A DNA stretch of 64,000 nt, from the NCBI GenBank assembly GCA_964016885.1, contig OZ024747.1, forward strand, positions 4,278,001 to 4,342,000, read 5' to 3'. This DNA is from Eledone cirrhosa (lineage: Eukaryota). Below the pieces are notes generated by a model, which saw only the letters and a list, made by a program, of their open reading frames with translations, was not told the DNA's origin and did not search any database. The first letter of the stretch is position 1. Every line of letters starts with the position of its first letter. Of this stretch, positions 24,082-38,083 are shown piece after piece. The position numbers and the translations under genes were made by a program.

Positions 24082-26040
24082 TACTACCAGCACCACCACT
24101 ACTACCACCACTACTACCACCAGCACTGCTACTACCACCAGCACCACTACTACCACCACTACTACCACCAGCACCACTACTACCACCAGCACCACTACTA
24201 CCACCACTACTACCACCAGCACTGCTACTACCACCAGCACTGCTACTACCACCAGCACCACTACTACCACCAGCACCACTACTACCACCACTACTACCAC
24301 CAGCACTGCTACTACCACCAGCACCACTACTACCACCAGCACTGCTACTACCACCAGCACCACTACTACCACCAGCACCACTACTACCACCAGCACTGCT
24401 ACTACCACCAGCACCACTACTACCACCAGCACTGCTACTACCACCAGCACCACTACTACCACCACTACTACTACCACCACCACTACTACCACCAGCACTG
24501 CTACTACCACCAGCACCACTACTACCACCACCACCACTACTACCACCAGCACCACTACTACCACCAGCACTGCTACTACCACCAGCACTGCTACTACCAC
24601 CACCACCACTACTACCACCAGCACCACTACCACCACCACCACTACTACCACCAGCACCACTACTACCACCAGCACTGCTACTACCACCACCACCACTACT
24701 ACCACCAGCACTGCTACTACCACCAGCACTGCTACTACCACCAGCACTACTACTACCACCAGCACCACTACTACCACCAGCACCACTACTACCACCAGCA
24801 CTGCTACTACCACCAGCACCACTACTACCACCAGCACCACTACTACCACCACCACTACTACCACCAGCACCACTACTACCACCAGCACTGCTACTACCAC
24901 CAGCACCACTACTACCACCAGCACCACTACTACCACCACCACTACTACCACCAGCACTGCTACTACCACCAGCACCACTACTACCACCACTTCTACAACC
25001 AACACCACTACTACCACCAGCACTACTACTACCACCAGCACTACTACTACCACCACTACTACTACTACCACCTCTACTACCACCAGCACCACTACTACCA
25101 CAACCACTACTACCACCACCACTGCTACCAGCACCACTACTACCACAACCACTACTACCACCACTACTACCACAACCACTACTACCACCACTACTACCAC
25201 AACCACTACTACCACCACTACTACCACAACCACTACTACCACCACTACTACCACCACCACTGCTACCAGCACCACTACTACCACAACCACTACTACCAAC
25301 ACTACTACCACCACCGCTGCCACCACCAACACTGCTACCAGCACCACTACTACCACCACCGCTGCCACTGCTACCAGCACCACTACTACCACCACCGCTA
25401 CCACCACCAACACTGCTACCAGCACCACTACTACCACCACCGCTGCCACTGCTACCAGCACCACTACTACCACCACCGCTACCACCACCAACACTGCTAC
25501 CAGCACCACTACTACCACCACCGCTGCCACTGCTACCAGCACCACTACTACCACCACCGCTGCCACTGCTACCAGCACCACTACTACCACCACCGCTGCC
25601 ACCACCAACACTGCTACCAGCACCACTACTACCACCACCGCTGCCACCACCAACACTGCTACCAGCACCACTACTACCACCACCGCTGCCACTGCTACCA
25701 GCACCACTACTACCACCACCGCTACCACCACCAACACTGCTACCAGCACCACTACTACCACCACCGCTGCCACCACCAACACTGCTACCAGCACCACTAC
25801 TACCACCACCACTACCACCAGCACCACTACCACCAGCACCACTACTACCACCAGCACTGCTACCACCAGCACCACTACTACCACCAGCACCACTACTACC
25901 ACCAGCACCACTACTACCACCACCACTACTACCACCAGCACCACTACTACCACCACCACTACTACCACCACCACTACTACCACCAACACCACTACTACCA
26001 CCAGCACCACTACTACCACCAGCACCACTACTACCACCAC
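24082..26040. repeat. ~2-kb degenerate (CAC/TAC/CAG)n array with higher-order units
   Basis: Triplet-phase array, open in several frames only because of its composition. Confidence 0.95.
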
Positions 26041-26207
26041 TCTCTCACTCTCTCTCACTCTCTCTCACTCCCGCTCTAAATCTCTCCCTCTCTAGCTATC
26101 TCTCTAACTCCATCTCTCTCTAACTCTCTCCTTATCTTTCCTTATCTCTTTCTTTTATTGCTCTCCCTCTCTACCTTTCTCACTTCCCCTCTCTACCTTT
26201 CTCACTT

Positions 26208-26333
<126 letters not shown>

Positions 26334-26442
26334 GATATACCTATGTCAGGTGAACAGATGTTAGATGACATGTTAGTTAAACTATGACAAGATAATAGTA
26401 ATGGCGATGATGATGATTGTGATGGTATTGTTGATGATGATG

Positions 26443-29185
26443 ATCATCATCATCACCTTTTTTCGTCCGCTTTTCCCTGCTTGCAAGGGTGGGACGGGTC
26501 TTATTCAGCACAGCATCTCTCCACTCGTCATCTCCACCGTGAGCTTCAATGATCTGAGGTCTGTTCTCACCACCTCCGCCCATGTTTTTCGTGGTCTACC
26601 TCTACCACGTCTTCCTTCAACTGGCAATTCCTGGCACTTCTTCACCCATCGGTCATCCTCCATGCGCATCACATGTCCATACCACCTGTCTCCTCTCCCG
26701 TACACTACATTCTATCCCTCTCAGACACAGTTTCTCTCTCAACACATTTATGCTAGGTCGTTCACGCACATCCAACGGAGTATGCTTGCCTCATTTCTCT
26801 CCAGCCGTCGCATATCCTCTGCAGTTGCTTCCCATGTCTCACTACCACGCAGCATCGCGCTCCTCACACAGGCATCATACAACCGGCCTTTCGTATGCAG
26901 GGAGAAACCCTTCTTCGTCAACAGAGGAAGCAGCTCCCTAAACTTCTTCCAACCCGTCCTTATTCTAGATACTATGGCCTCGGAACACCCTCCCCCCATG
27001 CTAATCTGATCTTCTAGGTACCGGAAGCTATCCACCACTTCTATAGCGCCCTCCTGCATTTAAAAAATGTGTCTATCAATGCGACTTCTACTGTCTAATT
27101 TCCCTGTACATCTACTGCATACATATTTCTCCCTACCTGTTAGTTTGCCTGCTATCCCGCTACATCTCTTGTGTACCCAGGATCTGCATTGTGTGCATTT
27201 TATAGAATTTATGCCAGTTCCTTTTCTGCATATCGAACATGGCCATTTCCCTGACGGAATCCAGGTTTTATCCTCTTTTCTACTCATCAACACTTTTGTC
27301 TTAGTTAGATTCACTCTCAGTCCTCTTGCTTCCAACTGCTGTTTCCATAGCCAGAATTTATTCTCTAGCTCCTCTACTGATTCTGCTATAAGAACCAGAT
27401 CGTCAGCATAGAGAAGTTCCCATGGACAGCCAGTCTTAAACTCCTCTTTTATGGCTTGGAGGACTATAATGAACAAGAGCGGGCTGAGGACCGAACCCTG
27501 ATGTACTCCTACTTGTATCTGGAATTCCTCACTAAACTCCATTCCTACCCTGACTTTACTGAGTGTACCTCTGTACAAAGTTTGTACTGTCCTCACAAGC
27601 GATTCCTCAACACCTAGCTTCCTTAGGGACCACCAAATGACAGATCGGGGTACCCTATCAAAGGCCTTCTCTAGGTCAACAAAGGCTAAGTATAGTGGCT
27701 TATTCTTCTCTAAGAACCTCTCTTGCAATTGTCTCACCAAGAAGAGGGCATCTGTTGTACTCTTCCCAGGCACAAAACCAAACTGCATCTCATCTAGTTT
27801 GACCCTTTCTCTAATTAGTTGTGCTAAAATCCTTTCTGCCACTTTCATAACCTGATCTATCATTTTTATACCCCTATAATTGCTCCTCTCCAAAGCATCC
27901 CCTTTACCTTTGTAGCAATTTATGAGAATACTGCTGCACCAGTCTTTGGGTATGACACCACCAAATATAGCCTGATTGATGATGCATGCAACCAGTTTAG
28001 TGCCTACGTCCCCTGATGCCTTCAGCATCTCAGCAACTATTCCCGATGGTCCGGCAGCCTTACCATTTTTCATTTCCCTAATCGCCTCTTGGACCCTATA
28101 TTCGTCAATCTCAATAGCTGGTCCCTCTGTCGGATCTACCAAGGGTAATTTCTCTCTCTCCCATTTGTTCTCCACATTCATCAGTCTCTCATAATGACAT
28201 TTCCAGGCCTCCTTTTTCTGATCATTCGTGACACTAAGTACACCGGCATCATCCCGGACACATTTATCCCCAACAACATCCTGATTTGCATTGACACACT
28301 GCCTTGCAATGTGGAACACCGCACGCCTCTGATCTTCCCGTCGCAGAACATTGGCAAACCTCCTACTCTCTGCCTCTCTGCGTGCTAAGTACACCTGACG
28401 TCTAGCTTCTCTCTTAGTGGCTGTATATTCTTCCCTACTCCCAACTTTTTTCCAAGCCTTCCATGCTAGTCTTTTGTCTCTAATGGCCTTATCTACTGTG
28501 CTGTTCCACCACCAGGTCACTCTCTGTCTGGTTGGAGCTCTGCTCCGGCCACAAGTTTCATGAGTAGCCTGCAGCAAGTTGCCATGTAAGAAATTCCAGT
28601 TATTATCTATGTCATACGTCTCTAAATCGTCTTCTTTTTCGTCATATACATCTTGAAGGGCTTTCCTAAATTTGTATTTTAGTGAAAGGTCTTTTAGCTT
28701 CCAGACCTTTCTTCTCCACACCTTCCTATATGTCTCATTCCATCTCTTGCTTACTGAGATATCACTAACAACTAACCTATGCTGTGGGGTACATTCTTCC
28801 CCAGGGTATGCCTTGGTATTAGACACTATCTGCCTGTCCCGCTGCCTAACTAGTAAGAAGTCAATCTGGCTTATGTGCTCACCAGATTTGTAGGTTATTA
28901 GGTGATTGGCAGGTTTCTGGAAGTTTGTGTTGCAAATAGTCAATGTACCTGCATCACAAAATTCAAGAAGTCTCACTCCTTCTTCATTTCTTGAACCGTA
29001 ACCGTGCCCACCATGTACCCCAGTGTAACCATCCTGGAGCTATCCAACATGACCATTGAAGTCTCCTGCTAGCATAACGATGTCTCCGTCCTCTGTCATT
29101 GCGGTTGTTTGCAAAAGTTGCTCATAAAAGCAGTCTTTCTCATCTTTGCCTCGGCCTGCTTGGGAAGCATAGACCGAGATGATTG
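26443..29185 (-). mobile_element. RTE LINE (subfamily B), 5'-truncated in APE domain, disrupted
   Basis: APE C-terminal motifs (GDFNGHV, IDFLLV, QHRLV), RT and 3' end, with several stops and frameshifts. Confidence 0.97.
27060..28976 (-). pseudogene. RTE ORF remnant, 638 aa: partial AP endonuclease, reverse transcriptase, PHD-type finger
   Basis: NYRGI, QFGF, FVDLEKAFDRV, GVHQGSVLSPLLF, YADD, CSIC..CTQC..WVHKRC..CSRC. Confidence 0.93.
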
Positions 29186-29631
29186 ATAACAATAGTAAAT
29201 TAAAGAAAGGCAAGTCAGGTGGGTAGATGTGGTAGATGTGACAGGTGATGCTGGTTAACTGTTATAGAAGACTATAGCTATGGTTATGTAGAAGTAGCAG
29301 CAATTGTGAAATATGAAGTTATTTCAATAATTCTTTACTGTTTTTTAGTCATAACTGATCACATTGTATTGAATTATGACCTTTACAATGGCTTTCATAC
29401 ACTGTTACACACACACACACATATATATATATAGATATGTGTATATATATATATATATATATGTATATACATGTGTGTGTATATATATGTATATACATGT
29501 GTATATATATATCTGGTCTTTTAGCCCATGGAGCACTTGCCAGCATGACTCGGAATTTGCATTACGTTTCACTTTTTCTATATATATTTACATGTATATA
29601 TACACACACACATATATGTGTGTGTATAACT

Positions 29632-30430
29632 TTGATAACTTTCGGTCAGTATTGGCCCAGGTCATGTCTAACTTAATAGCACCACCTGGCGAAGTCTTTC
29701 AAATCAGGATTTGGGCACCATGACCCACTCGAGCAGAGAGTTATTGTATACCGAGGCATATCCGGGTGTAGGAGGCTTATCTGGAATTTCTTGAAGGAAT
29801 TTGTCTAAAGACTTCTTGAGCTTTAAGGGGTCTGTTTCTGTTTTATTGTGTTTTGGTGTAATGTTAAAGAGAGTGGGGCCAATTGAGGGGAAATAATTGT
29901 GCCTTATTGTTGTTGTGAGATTTTTGTCATGGGCGGATAGCACTGGGCCCAAGCCTTGGGTGTACCTTAAAGGTGATGCCAACATCATTTGGGCAAAGCT
30001 AATGGAATATTTTCCACATCATGCAGATAATGTAGCGCTCACGGCGACGTTGGAGAGAATAAAGTTTGAGCTTTTCTAATCGACTCCAATATTCAAGGCA
30101 TGTCATGCCATCTATCTTTTTTGTAATTGACCTTTGGGGTGCTTCAACTTTCATGATACTTTGTTTCGTGTGGGGTGACCACAGTGGACAACAGTAATCA
30201 ACGTGGGGTCGGGCAAAAGTGGAGAAGAGAAGAACAACAGTGTGGATATCTCTTGACTGGAAAGTTCTGAGAATCCAGGAACACATTCTGCAGGTCATGT
30301 CAACTTTGCTGTTTATATGAGTGGCTCAGCTTATGTTGTTGTCCACAATTACTCCCAAGTCTCTGATGTTGTTGGATGCCACGAGAGTTTCACCTGAAGG
30401 AAGAAGAGAGTATGGGAGTTTCAGGGCATC
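29632..30430 (-). mobile_element. CR1-like LINE 3' fragment
   Basis: WILRTFQSRD..RPHVDYCCPLWSP..LYSLQRRRER and IGPTLFN..KSLDKFLQEIPDKP. Confidence 0.9.
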
Positions 30431-30902
30431 TTTCATCACATATTCTGTGACTTCCTCAGTGACTAGGTTTTTATTTTGTTTCTCTCCTTTGTTCTGTCCT
30501 ACACCATCTTGTTTTTGTGTGTTGTGTGCTTAGTTTGCACATGCATTACATCCATGTGTGTGTGTGTGTGTTTATTTATTAATGTGTTTATTTACATGTC
30601 ACTAGTTGGTTGTTTGTTCTATCTGTATATGTCAGATTTGTTTTGTTAGTTTGGTTTTTGTGTGAGTCTGTATGTCTTCATATGACCTTAATTACTAGTT
30701 GTGATGCTGCTATTCCACTCATGTTTTCTGTTTAATTTTGGTTGGAGTTCGTTTATATTTGTTGCCTCTGTGATTTATCTGAGCTTTACATCTTTTGTGT
30801 GTGTGAATATCATTTTTATCTCTATGTTCTCTAATGTGCCTCTATGTTCTATTTTGGTATGTTGGTGGAGTACTGATGAGTTTTTCCCATCTTGGAGTTC
30901 TC

Positions 30903-31730
30903 GGTCTCTCTCTTCTTTCTCTCTCCTTCTTTCCTTCCCTCTCTCCTCTCCCTCCTCCTCTCTTTCCCTCTGTCCACTCCCTCTCTTCTTTCTCCCTTTG
31001 TCCTCTTCTTTCTCTCTCCTTTTCTTCCCTCACTCCTCTCCCTCTTCCCTCCTCCTCACTCTCTTCCCTCCTCCTCACTCTCTTCCCTCCTCCTCACTCT
31101 CTCTCTCTCTCTCTCCTTCTCTCTCCTTCTCTCTCTCTCTCTCTCCTATTCACTCTCTCTCTCCCCTTCTCTCTCTCTCTCCCCTTCTCGCTCTCTCTCT
31201 CCCCTTCTCTCTCTCTCCTTCTCTCTCTCTCCCATCTCTCTCTCCCTAGTAATTTACTAACTAATCTATCTGACTCATGTTTGACCAGCCTCCATCCTCA
31301 GTCACTTCCCCGTTACATCATAACATCTCTCAGATTATTCTCTCTATGACGTCATAGCAACCAAACCATTAGAACCATTTTCAAAAGCATTTTACTTCTC
31401 ATTGCATTATCCTCTCCTCCATCCTCGGTCCTCGGTCAATTTTACTGTACCGCCCCATCTCCCTCTCTCTCCCTCCCACTTTCCCTCCCTCTCTCCCTCT
31501 CTCTCTCCCCCACTTTCCCTCTCTCCCCCATTTCCCTCTCTCTCTCTCTTTTCCCCTCTCTCTCTCCCCCACTTCCCCCCACCCTCTCTCTCTCCCTGTC
31601 ACTCCGTCTCCTCATTTTTTCATTTTTCTCTTATCTCTCTGTCCATTTCCATCTCCCTCCATCAATCCCACAGTCTCTCCATTCTCTTTTTCTAAACATT
31701 TCTAACTCTCTCTCTCTCTCTCTCTCTCTC
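30903..31730. repeat. polypyrimidine (CT)-rich low-complexity tracts
   Basis: Two C/T tracts separated by ~150 bp. Confidence 0.85.
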
Positions 31731-31753
31731 CCTTGCTTTGCCTTTCTTGTTTT

Positions 31754-31791
<38 letters not shown>

Positions 31792-32426
31792 TCAGACAAT
31801 ACATAGAGACTTACACACATTCAAATAGCTACATACACACACACACACACATACATAGAGACTTACACACACACGATCACAGACACATACATAGAGACTT
31901 ACGCACACACATATATAGAGATTTACACACACTCAAATAGCTACACACTCTCACACATACAATCACAGACACATACATAGCGACTTACACACATACACAT
32001 AAAGAATTGTTTGAAGAGTAACTTTAACTGAAGCAGTTATTATTTCATCAAAAACTTCACTATTTTGTTCTTTTGACAAAATATTCTTCTTCTTCTTCTT
32101 ATTATTATTATTATTATAATTATTATTATCATTTATAATTTCTCATATAGCTTTACAAATGTTCTTCATTGTGATTGCAAGTAGAATAGAGCAGAGCAGT
32201 ATAGTATACATCATATATATATATCATCATCATCATCATATATGTCTTGATATGAACATTTTATTGGTGTTTTTCAATCTCTCTCTCTCTCGCTATATAT
32301 ATATATATATATATTCTTTCCATTAAAAGCATCTTTGCTTTCTGAATGGACCAACCAACTAATCAAAATGAAGCTTTATATATATATAGTGAAAGATAAT
32401 TTGTTATCCCATATATATATATAATG

Positions 32427-32770
32427 GAGGCACATGGCTTAGTGGTTAGAGCATTGGCCTTGCAATCGAAAGGTTGTGAGTTCAATTCTCAGACCGGGTG
32501 ATGTGTTGTTTCCTTGAGCAAGACACTTTATTTCACATTGCTCCAGTTTACTCAGCTGTAGAAATGAGATGATAGGGACCCCAATCCCTATCATTCCACT
32601 GCAAAGTGGTCGTGTAGGTGCCATGGCAAAAAAGCACCCAGCACTCACTGTAAATGAGGTTGGTGTTAGGAAGGGCATCCAGCTGTAGAAATCAAGCCAG
32701 AATCAGTTTCCGTCCCAACCTTGCAAGCAGGGAAAAAGCGGACGTAAAATGAAATGATGATGATGATGAT
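32427..32770 (+). mobile_element. full-length tRNA-CORE SINE with RTE-derived tail
   Basis: Third near-identical copy, flanked by a duplicated gtgaaagataatttgttatccc target. Confidence 0.92.
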
Positions 32771-32795
32771 ATAGTGAAAGGTAATTTGTTATCCC

Positions 32796-32838
<43 letters not shown>

Positions 32839-32858
32839 GTGAAAGATAATTTCTTATC

Positions 32859-32939
<81 letters not shown>

Positions 32940-33502
32940 ATATATTTTTAATAATATGTCTGTTTCTGTTGGACCCTTCCTAAAAACTAACCTTCTAGTA
33001 TTGTTATTAAATAATTATTCTAGAACCTTCCTGCATCTCGCTCGCAAACTTTGTAAACACTTTGCTCCTTCTCTCATACCCCCTGCCTGATCGCAAGTAT
33101 AAAATAAATCTTGCTGGTTCCCAAAGACAGAATTTATCTATCAAAATATCTTAAGGGCGAACTGTCGATTTTGAGAATGTAAGCAAAGCCTGTCTTTTCT
33201 TTATTCCGTAGTCTCCTCAAATAAGCAGTTTTAAACTCTTATTTATACCACTCTAAAATTCAAATTCTCCGTTTTCCTCTCTGATTTTAAATTATTATTT
33301 TACATGTTTTTAATATGTCTCAATCTATTGGACCCTTCCTAAAAACTATACTTCTCCTAAAGTTACCCATTTCCCGCCCTCCCACCCACACACACCACCA
33401 TTGCTATATGGTCCAATCATAACTCAGCGGCTTTAGTAAGTTCTCTAACAAATCATATAGCAAAGCTACCACCTCGGTTACTACTCCTTAAGTTTAGACC
33501 TG

Positions 33503-35740
33503 TTAGATGGGTGGACTGCGGAAATTTGAAAAGTCTAAGCACTCAATGTCAATGTCACAGATAAAGATAAATTCACCTCCCGCTGCAAGACGAGAATACA
33601 AGGACCCCTCTATATTTCAGACACGGATGACCAACAAAATTCCGTCTCCTACACCCCCTCACCCCTTCCCCTCCAACCCATCCATCCCACCCTCCCAACT
33701 TCAGAGTTGGTACCATGAACGTAGGCACATTGAAAGGTCGCACAAATGAGGTTGTAGAGATGCTTGAACGTAAAGAAGTTGATGTTTGTTGTATTCAAGA
33801 GACTAGGTGGAGAGGGGGATCTGCCAGATTCATCGTGGGTAAAAAACGATGCTATAAACTTTTCTGGGTGGGAAATGGCAACAGACAGGGTGGTGTAGGA
33901 ATTATGTTAGCTGAAAAATGGGTAGATAAGATAATTGACGTAGAGTGAATGACAGAATAATTGAATTAAGACTAGTTCTAAATAGAACTACTGTGACAAT
34001 AATATCTGCTTATGCACCCCAATCTGGTCTACCTGACGTTATAAAGGACAGGTTCTATGAGACGCTAATACACACTACCTCCCAAATAACCGACAGTGAC
34101 TACTTAATTATTGCTGGTGATCTAAACGGTCACGTTGGACAACATAGTGATGGCTATGATGGAATCCATGGAGGCTATGGGGTTGGAAATAGAAATGAGG
34201 AGGGCTTCAGAATCCTGGAATTATGTGATGCAAATAGCCTAACTATCTGTAACACAAACTTCAAAAAACGTGAAAACCACTTGATCACCTATAGATCAGG
34301 GGAACATGCCAGCCAAATAGATTATATCCTTACTAGAAGACGGGACAAAATGTCTGGTGTAAACTCTAAATCCCTCCCCCGTGAAGAATGCCCCTCCCAA
34401 CATAGCCTAGTAGTTAGTGACCTCATAGTCAGGAATAGACGTACTCGACAACAGAGGAGGCCTACCTTGAGGAGAAGAATATGGAAATTGAAGGACCCCA
34501 TAGCCAGTGACATATTTAAAAGCTTATTACTTGATGCCTTTGACATTAAGGAAGAGCAATTAGAGACGTGCAATATAGAGGAACAGTGGCAATTCTTGAA
34601 AGTGAACCTGCTGAAAGCAACGGATGAAATCTATGGCTGGGGCAGACCTATTGGCAGGAGGAGAGTAACTTGGTGGTAGAACAGTAAGGTGGAAGAGACA
34701 ATCAAGGCCAAAAAGCAGGCTTGGAAAGTATGGCAGGATGGGGGAAGTAGAGAGCACTATCAAGTGGCCAGGAGAGAAGCTAGGAGACAAGTGTACCTTT
34801 CAAAAAGAGTAGCAGAGGATAGAAAGTTCAAGCATGTTCTACAACGTGAGGACCAAAAACATGAGGTGTTCAGGATTGCTAGACAATGTGTCAAGGAAAA
34901 CCGTGATATTGTCGGGGAGAAGTGTGTCCATAATGATAATGGTGTACTTGCGCTCACTGATAGTGATAAGAAGATAGCCTGGAAGTGTAACTACGAGAGA
35001 CTATTAAATAAGAAGATAGCCTGGAAGTGTAACTACGAGAGACTACTAAGTGTAACTACGAGAGAATAAAGGGGAAAAAGATAGTCTGCCCCAAATCGAT
35101 CCAATAGAAGCATAAATGAACTAAGTGAGAAATTAGGAATAAGAGGGATCAGATGTTTACTCGAGAGAAGACTATGTTGGTATGGTCACGTGATGCGCAT
35201 GAAAGACGACAGCTGCATAAAAAAGTGCAGGGCGATCAAAATTGATGGTAGTTACGGAGTAGGTAGACCCAGAAAAATCTGGGATGATCTGATAAATTCC
35301 GGCCTCACACACTTACATCTCTCTAAGACAATGTCTCTGGACAGAGATCTTTGGCGCTACGCAGTAATACAGAAGATCCGCCTTGCCTATGTACAAAGCG
35401 AAACCTGCAGTCAGTAGGAACCTCTTAACCAAATATACACCCCAATCCACTACCCCTACCCTATCCTCCCTCCAACAGCACGAGAAAATGAGATCGAGAT
35501 TGTGTAGGTGTCACGACAAAAAACACATACAGTCCATGCTGTAATGTGGCCATGTAGGTAACACGGTAAAAAGTTCCCAGTTCCACACTGTAAATGTGGT
35601 TGGTGTTAGGAAGGGCATCCAGCCATAGAAAACCTGCCAGATAGTCCTATATGAGCGAGACACGGTCACCCGACCAGCGTTGCCTCAAGTGGAACAACTC
35701 CCGCTAGCGTGGAAAATGGACGTTAAACGAAGATGATGAT
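33503..35740 (+). mobile_element. RTE LINE (subfamily C) retaining the 5' APE domain, RT internally deleted
   Basis: GTMNVGTL..CCIQETRW..SAYAPQ..GDLNGHV..IDYIL. It jumps at ~35108 from the pre-RT linker to the C-terminus, and its 3' end matches 10978-11600. Confidence 0.93.
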
Positions 35741-36657
35741 CATCATCATCATCATCATCATCAGGTTTAGCGTCCGTGTTCCACGCTTGCATGGGTTTGG
35801 ACGGGGGTTTTCCCACTTGAGGCAAGAGTGGTTGTCTTGCTCGCATAGGACTGTCTGGCGGGTTTTCTACAGTTGGATGCCCTTCCTAACACCAACCACA
35901 TTTACAGTGTGGGGCTGGGAGGTTTTTACCGTGTTGCCTACACGGCCACATTACAGCGTGGACTGTCTGGCGGGTTTTCTACAGCTGGATGCCCTTCCTA
36001 ACACCAACCACATTTACAGTGTGGGGCTGGGAGGTTTTTACCGTGTTACCTACACGGCCACATTTACAGCGTGGACTGTGTGTTTTTTTTGTCGTGACAC
36101 CTACACGATCTCATTTGTTTCGGCCTGGATGTTGTGGGACCAACATAACTGTACATTGAAAGGGGCGGTGTGGATGGGGTGGAGGTGGTGGGACGGGGGG
36201 GTGTTTTGATAGAGATGCCTACTGACTGTAGTAGGTTTTTACTTTGTATTTAGGTAAGGCGGGTCTTCTCTATTACTGAGTACCGCCAAAGGTCTCGGTC
36301 CAGTGACATTGTCTTGGAGAGGTGTAAGCGTGTGAGGTCGGAATTTATCAGCTCGTCCCATGTTTTTCTGGGTCTGCCTACTCCGTGGCTACCGTCTATC
36401 TTTATTGCCCTGCACTTTGTTATACAGCTGTCGTCTTTCATGCGCATCACGTGACCGTACCAACGTAGCCTTCTCTCGAGTAAACAACATCTGATCCCTC
36501 TTATTTCTAATTTTTTCCTTAGTTCGTTTATGCTTTGCCGTTCACGTATATTACTATTGCACATCCAGCGGAGCATGCAAGCTTCGTTCCTCTCTAGTCT
36601 GCGTATATCCTCTGCACACAATGCCCAGGTCTCACTGCCATGCAGCATTGCTGTTCG
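35741..36657 (-). mobile_element. RTE LINE 3' fragment (subfamily C'), tail-to-tail with the previous copy
   Basis: ORF 36250..36648 is near-identical to the end of 18874..19797; ~110-bp duplication in the 3' UTR. Confidence 0.95.
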
Positions 36658-36660
36658 TGA

Positions 36661-36697
<37 letters not shown>

Positions 36698-36721
36698 AAG
36701 ATAATTTGTTATCCCATATAT

Positions 36722-37051
36722 ATCAACTGGGAAATAACACGTTTCGCACCTTTCCGACAGACAACCTTCTCCCCCCTCCCCCCAGTTGATGGATGTGAAT
36801 CCGAAATATATAGGGACAATTAAATCTCTCCCAAGGTAACTCTATCTCGTGTTATTATTTTTATTTTTACGCTCTTTCCTACATTCTTCTACACACTATA
36901 CATCTCATTCTACACTCACTTACATCTCTCTCTTCACCAGCGGATCTTGTTACCCAGAGAATTACCCATCTGCATTGTTGAAGCTTCCAAAACGACCTAA
37001 AGAAAATATATCTTATTATTCCACAATGCTTCAAGCAAACTACAATACTCT

Positions 37052-37054
<3 letters not shown>
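36722..37054 (+). mobile_element. possible pLTR-like insertion with partial hammerhead
   Basis: ggat-gtga-atcc GAAA UAUA UA ggga at ~36791-36815 with the 5' core incomplete; tcaactggg/cccagttga inverted repeat; flanked by the duplicated target motif. Confidence 0.4.
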
Positions 37055-37119
<65 letters not shown>

Positions 37120-38083
37120 AAGATAATTTGTTATCCCATATATATATATATATATGTATAGATACATACAGAGAGAGAGAGATAGATATGTGTGTGTGTG
37201 TAAGGCCTCCCCTCTACATTTTATTGATGTTTGTCCAATGTCATATGACCTTATCATTAGGTTGTCCAACCTCACATTCACAGATGTTAAGTGTCTGTGT
37301 TGTTTCTATATTATTCCTAATCATCAGTTCCTTGCTATTGGTTATTTTAAAAAAGAGTAAATGAGTGTTAGGAGAGATTGGAAGTGATTGGTATCAATGG
37401 ATGGCATTGGAATAAGGTGGAAACAGAAGACATAGAGGGGTGAACTATTTAACGCATTTTCTAAGTAATCACTTTGTGCTGTGAAAGTTGATTTATATGT
37501 TCGTTTGGGGATATTGGTACTGACTTTATTTGTGGCTAGGGCCTTTAGAATAGCTGTAGATGTTTTAAAGAATTTTTAGTTATTGATTCATTCTATGCTA
37601 TTATGAATTCGGTTTTGTTAAGTGATGCATTACAATGCCTCTTTGTTGTAGGTGCATAGTCAGGTTTAGTGAAGTGTGTGGTGTTTGACCTTTGTAACGT
37701 TTACTTTATTTGAAAGTTTACAACTTCAAAGTTTATGTTTAAAATGATGTATGACATTTTCTATTCCTTTGCTATTGCTATATATATATTGTTAGGTGTT
37801 TGTATATACACATGAGCATGTAGACATCACAAACATCATATATACATATATGTATGTATGTGTACATATATATATTGTTGTGTTTGTATGTTCACATGAA
37901 CATGTGGTCATCACAGTAATCATATATACATATATGTATGTATACATACATGCATGCATACATATATGCGTGTGTGGTTGTGGGTATGTGTATATGCTTA
38001 TATATAAATATATATCATTATCATCATCATTGTCATTTTAACATCCACTTACCCTGCTGGCAAGGGCATGTATATATATATAT

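Noticed and set aside
24012-26123. 703/683/662-aa Pro/Leu, His/Tyr and Val-rich ORFs
   Set aside because: Open only because the triplet array lacks stops in those frames. No unique coding flanks or domains.
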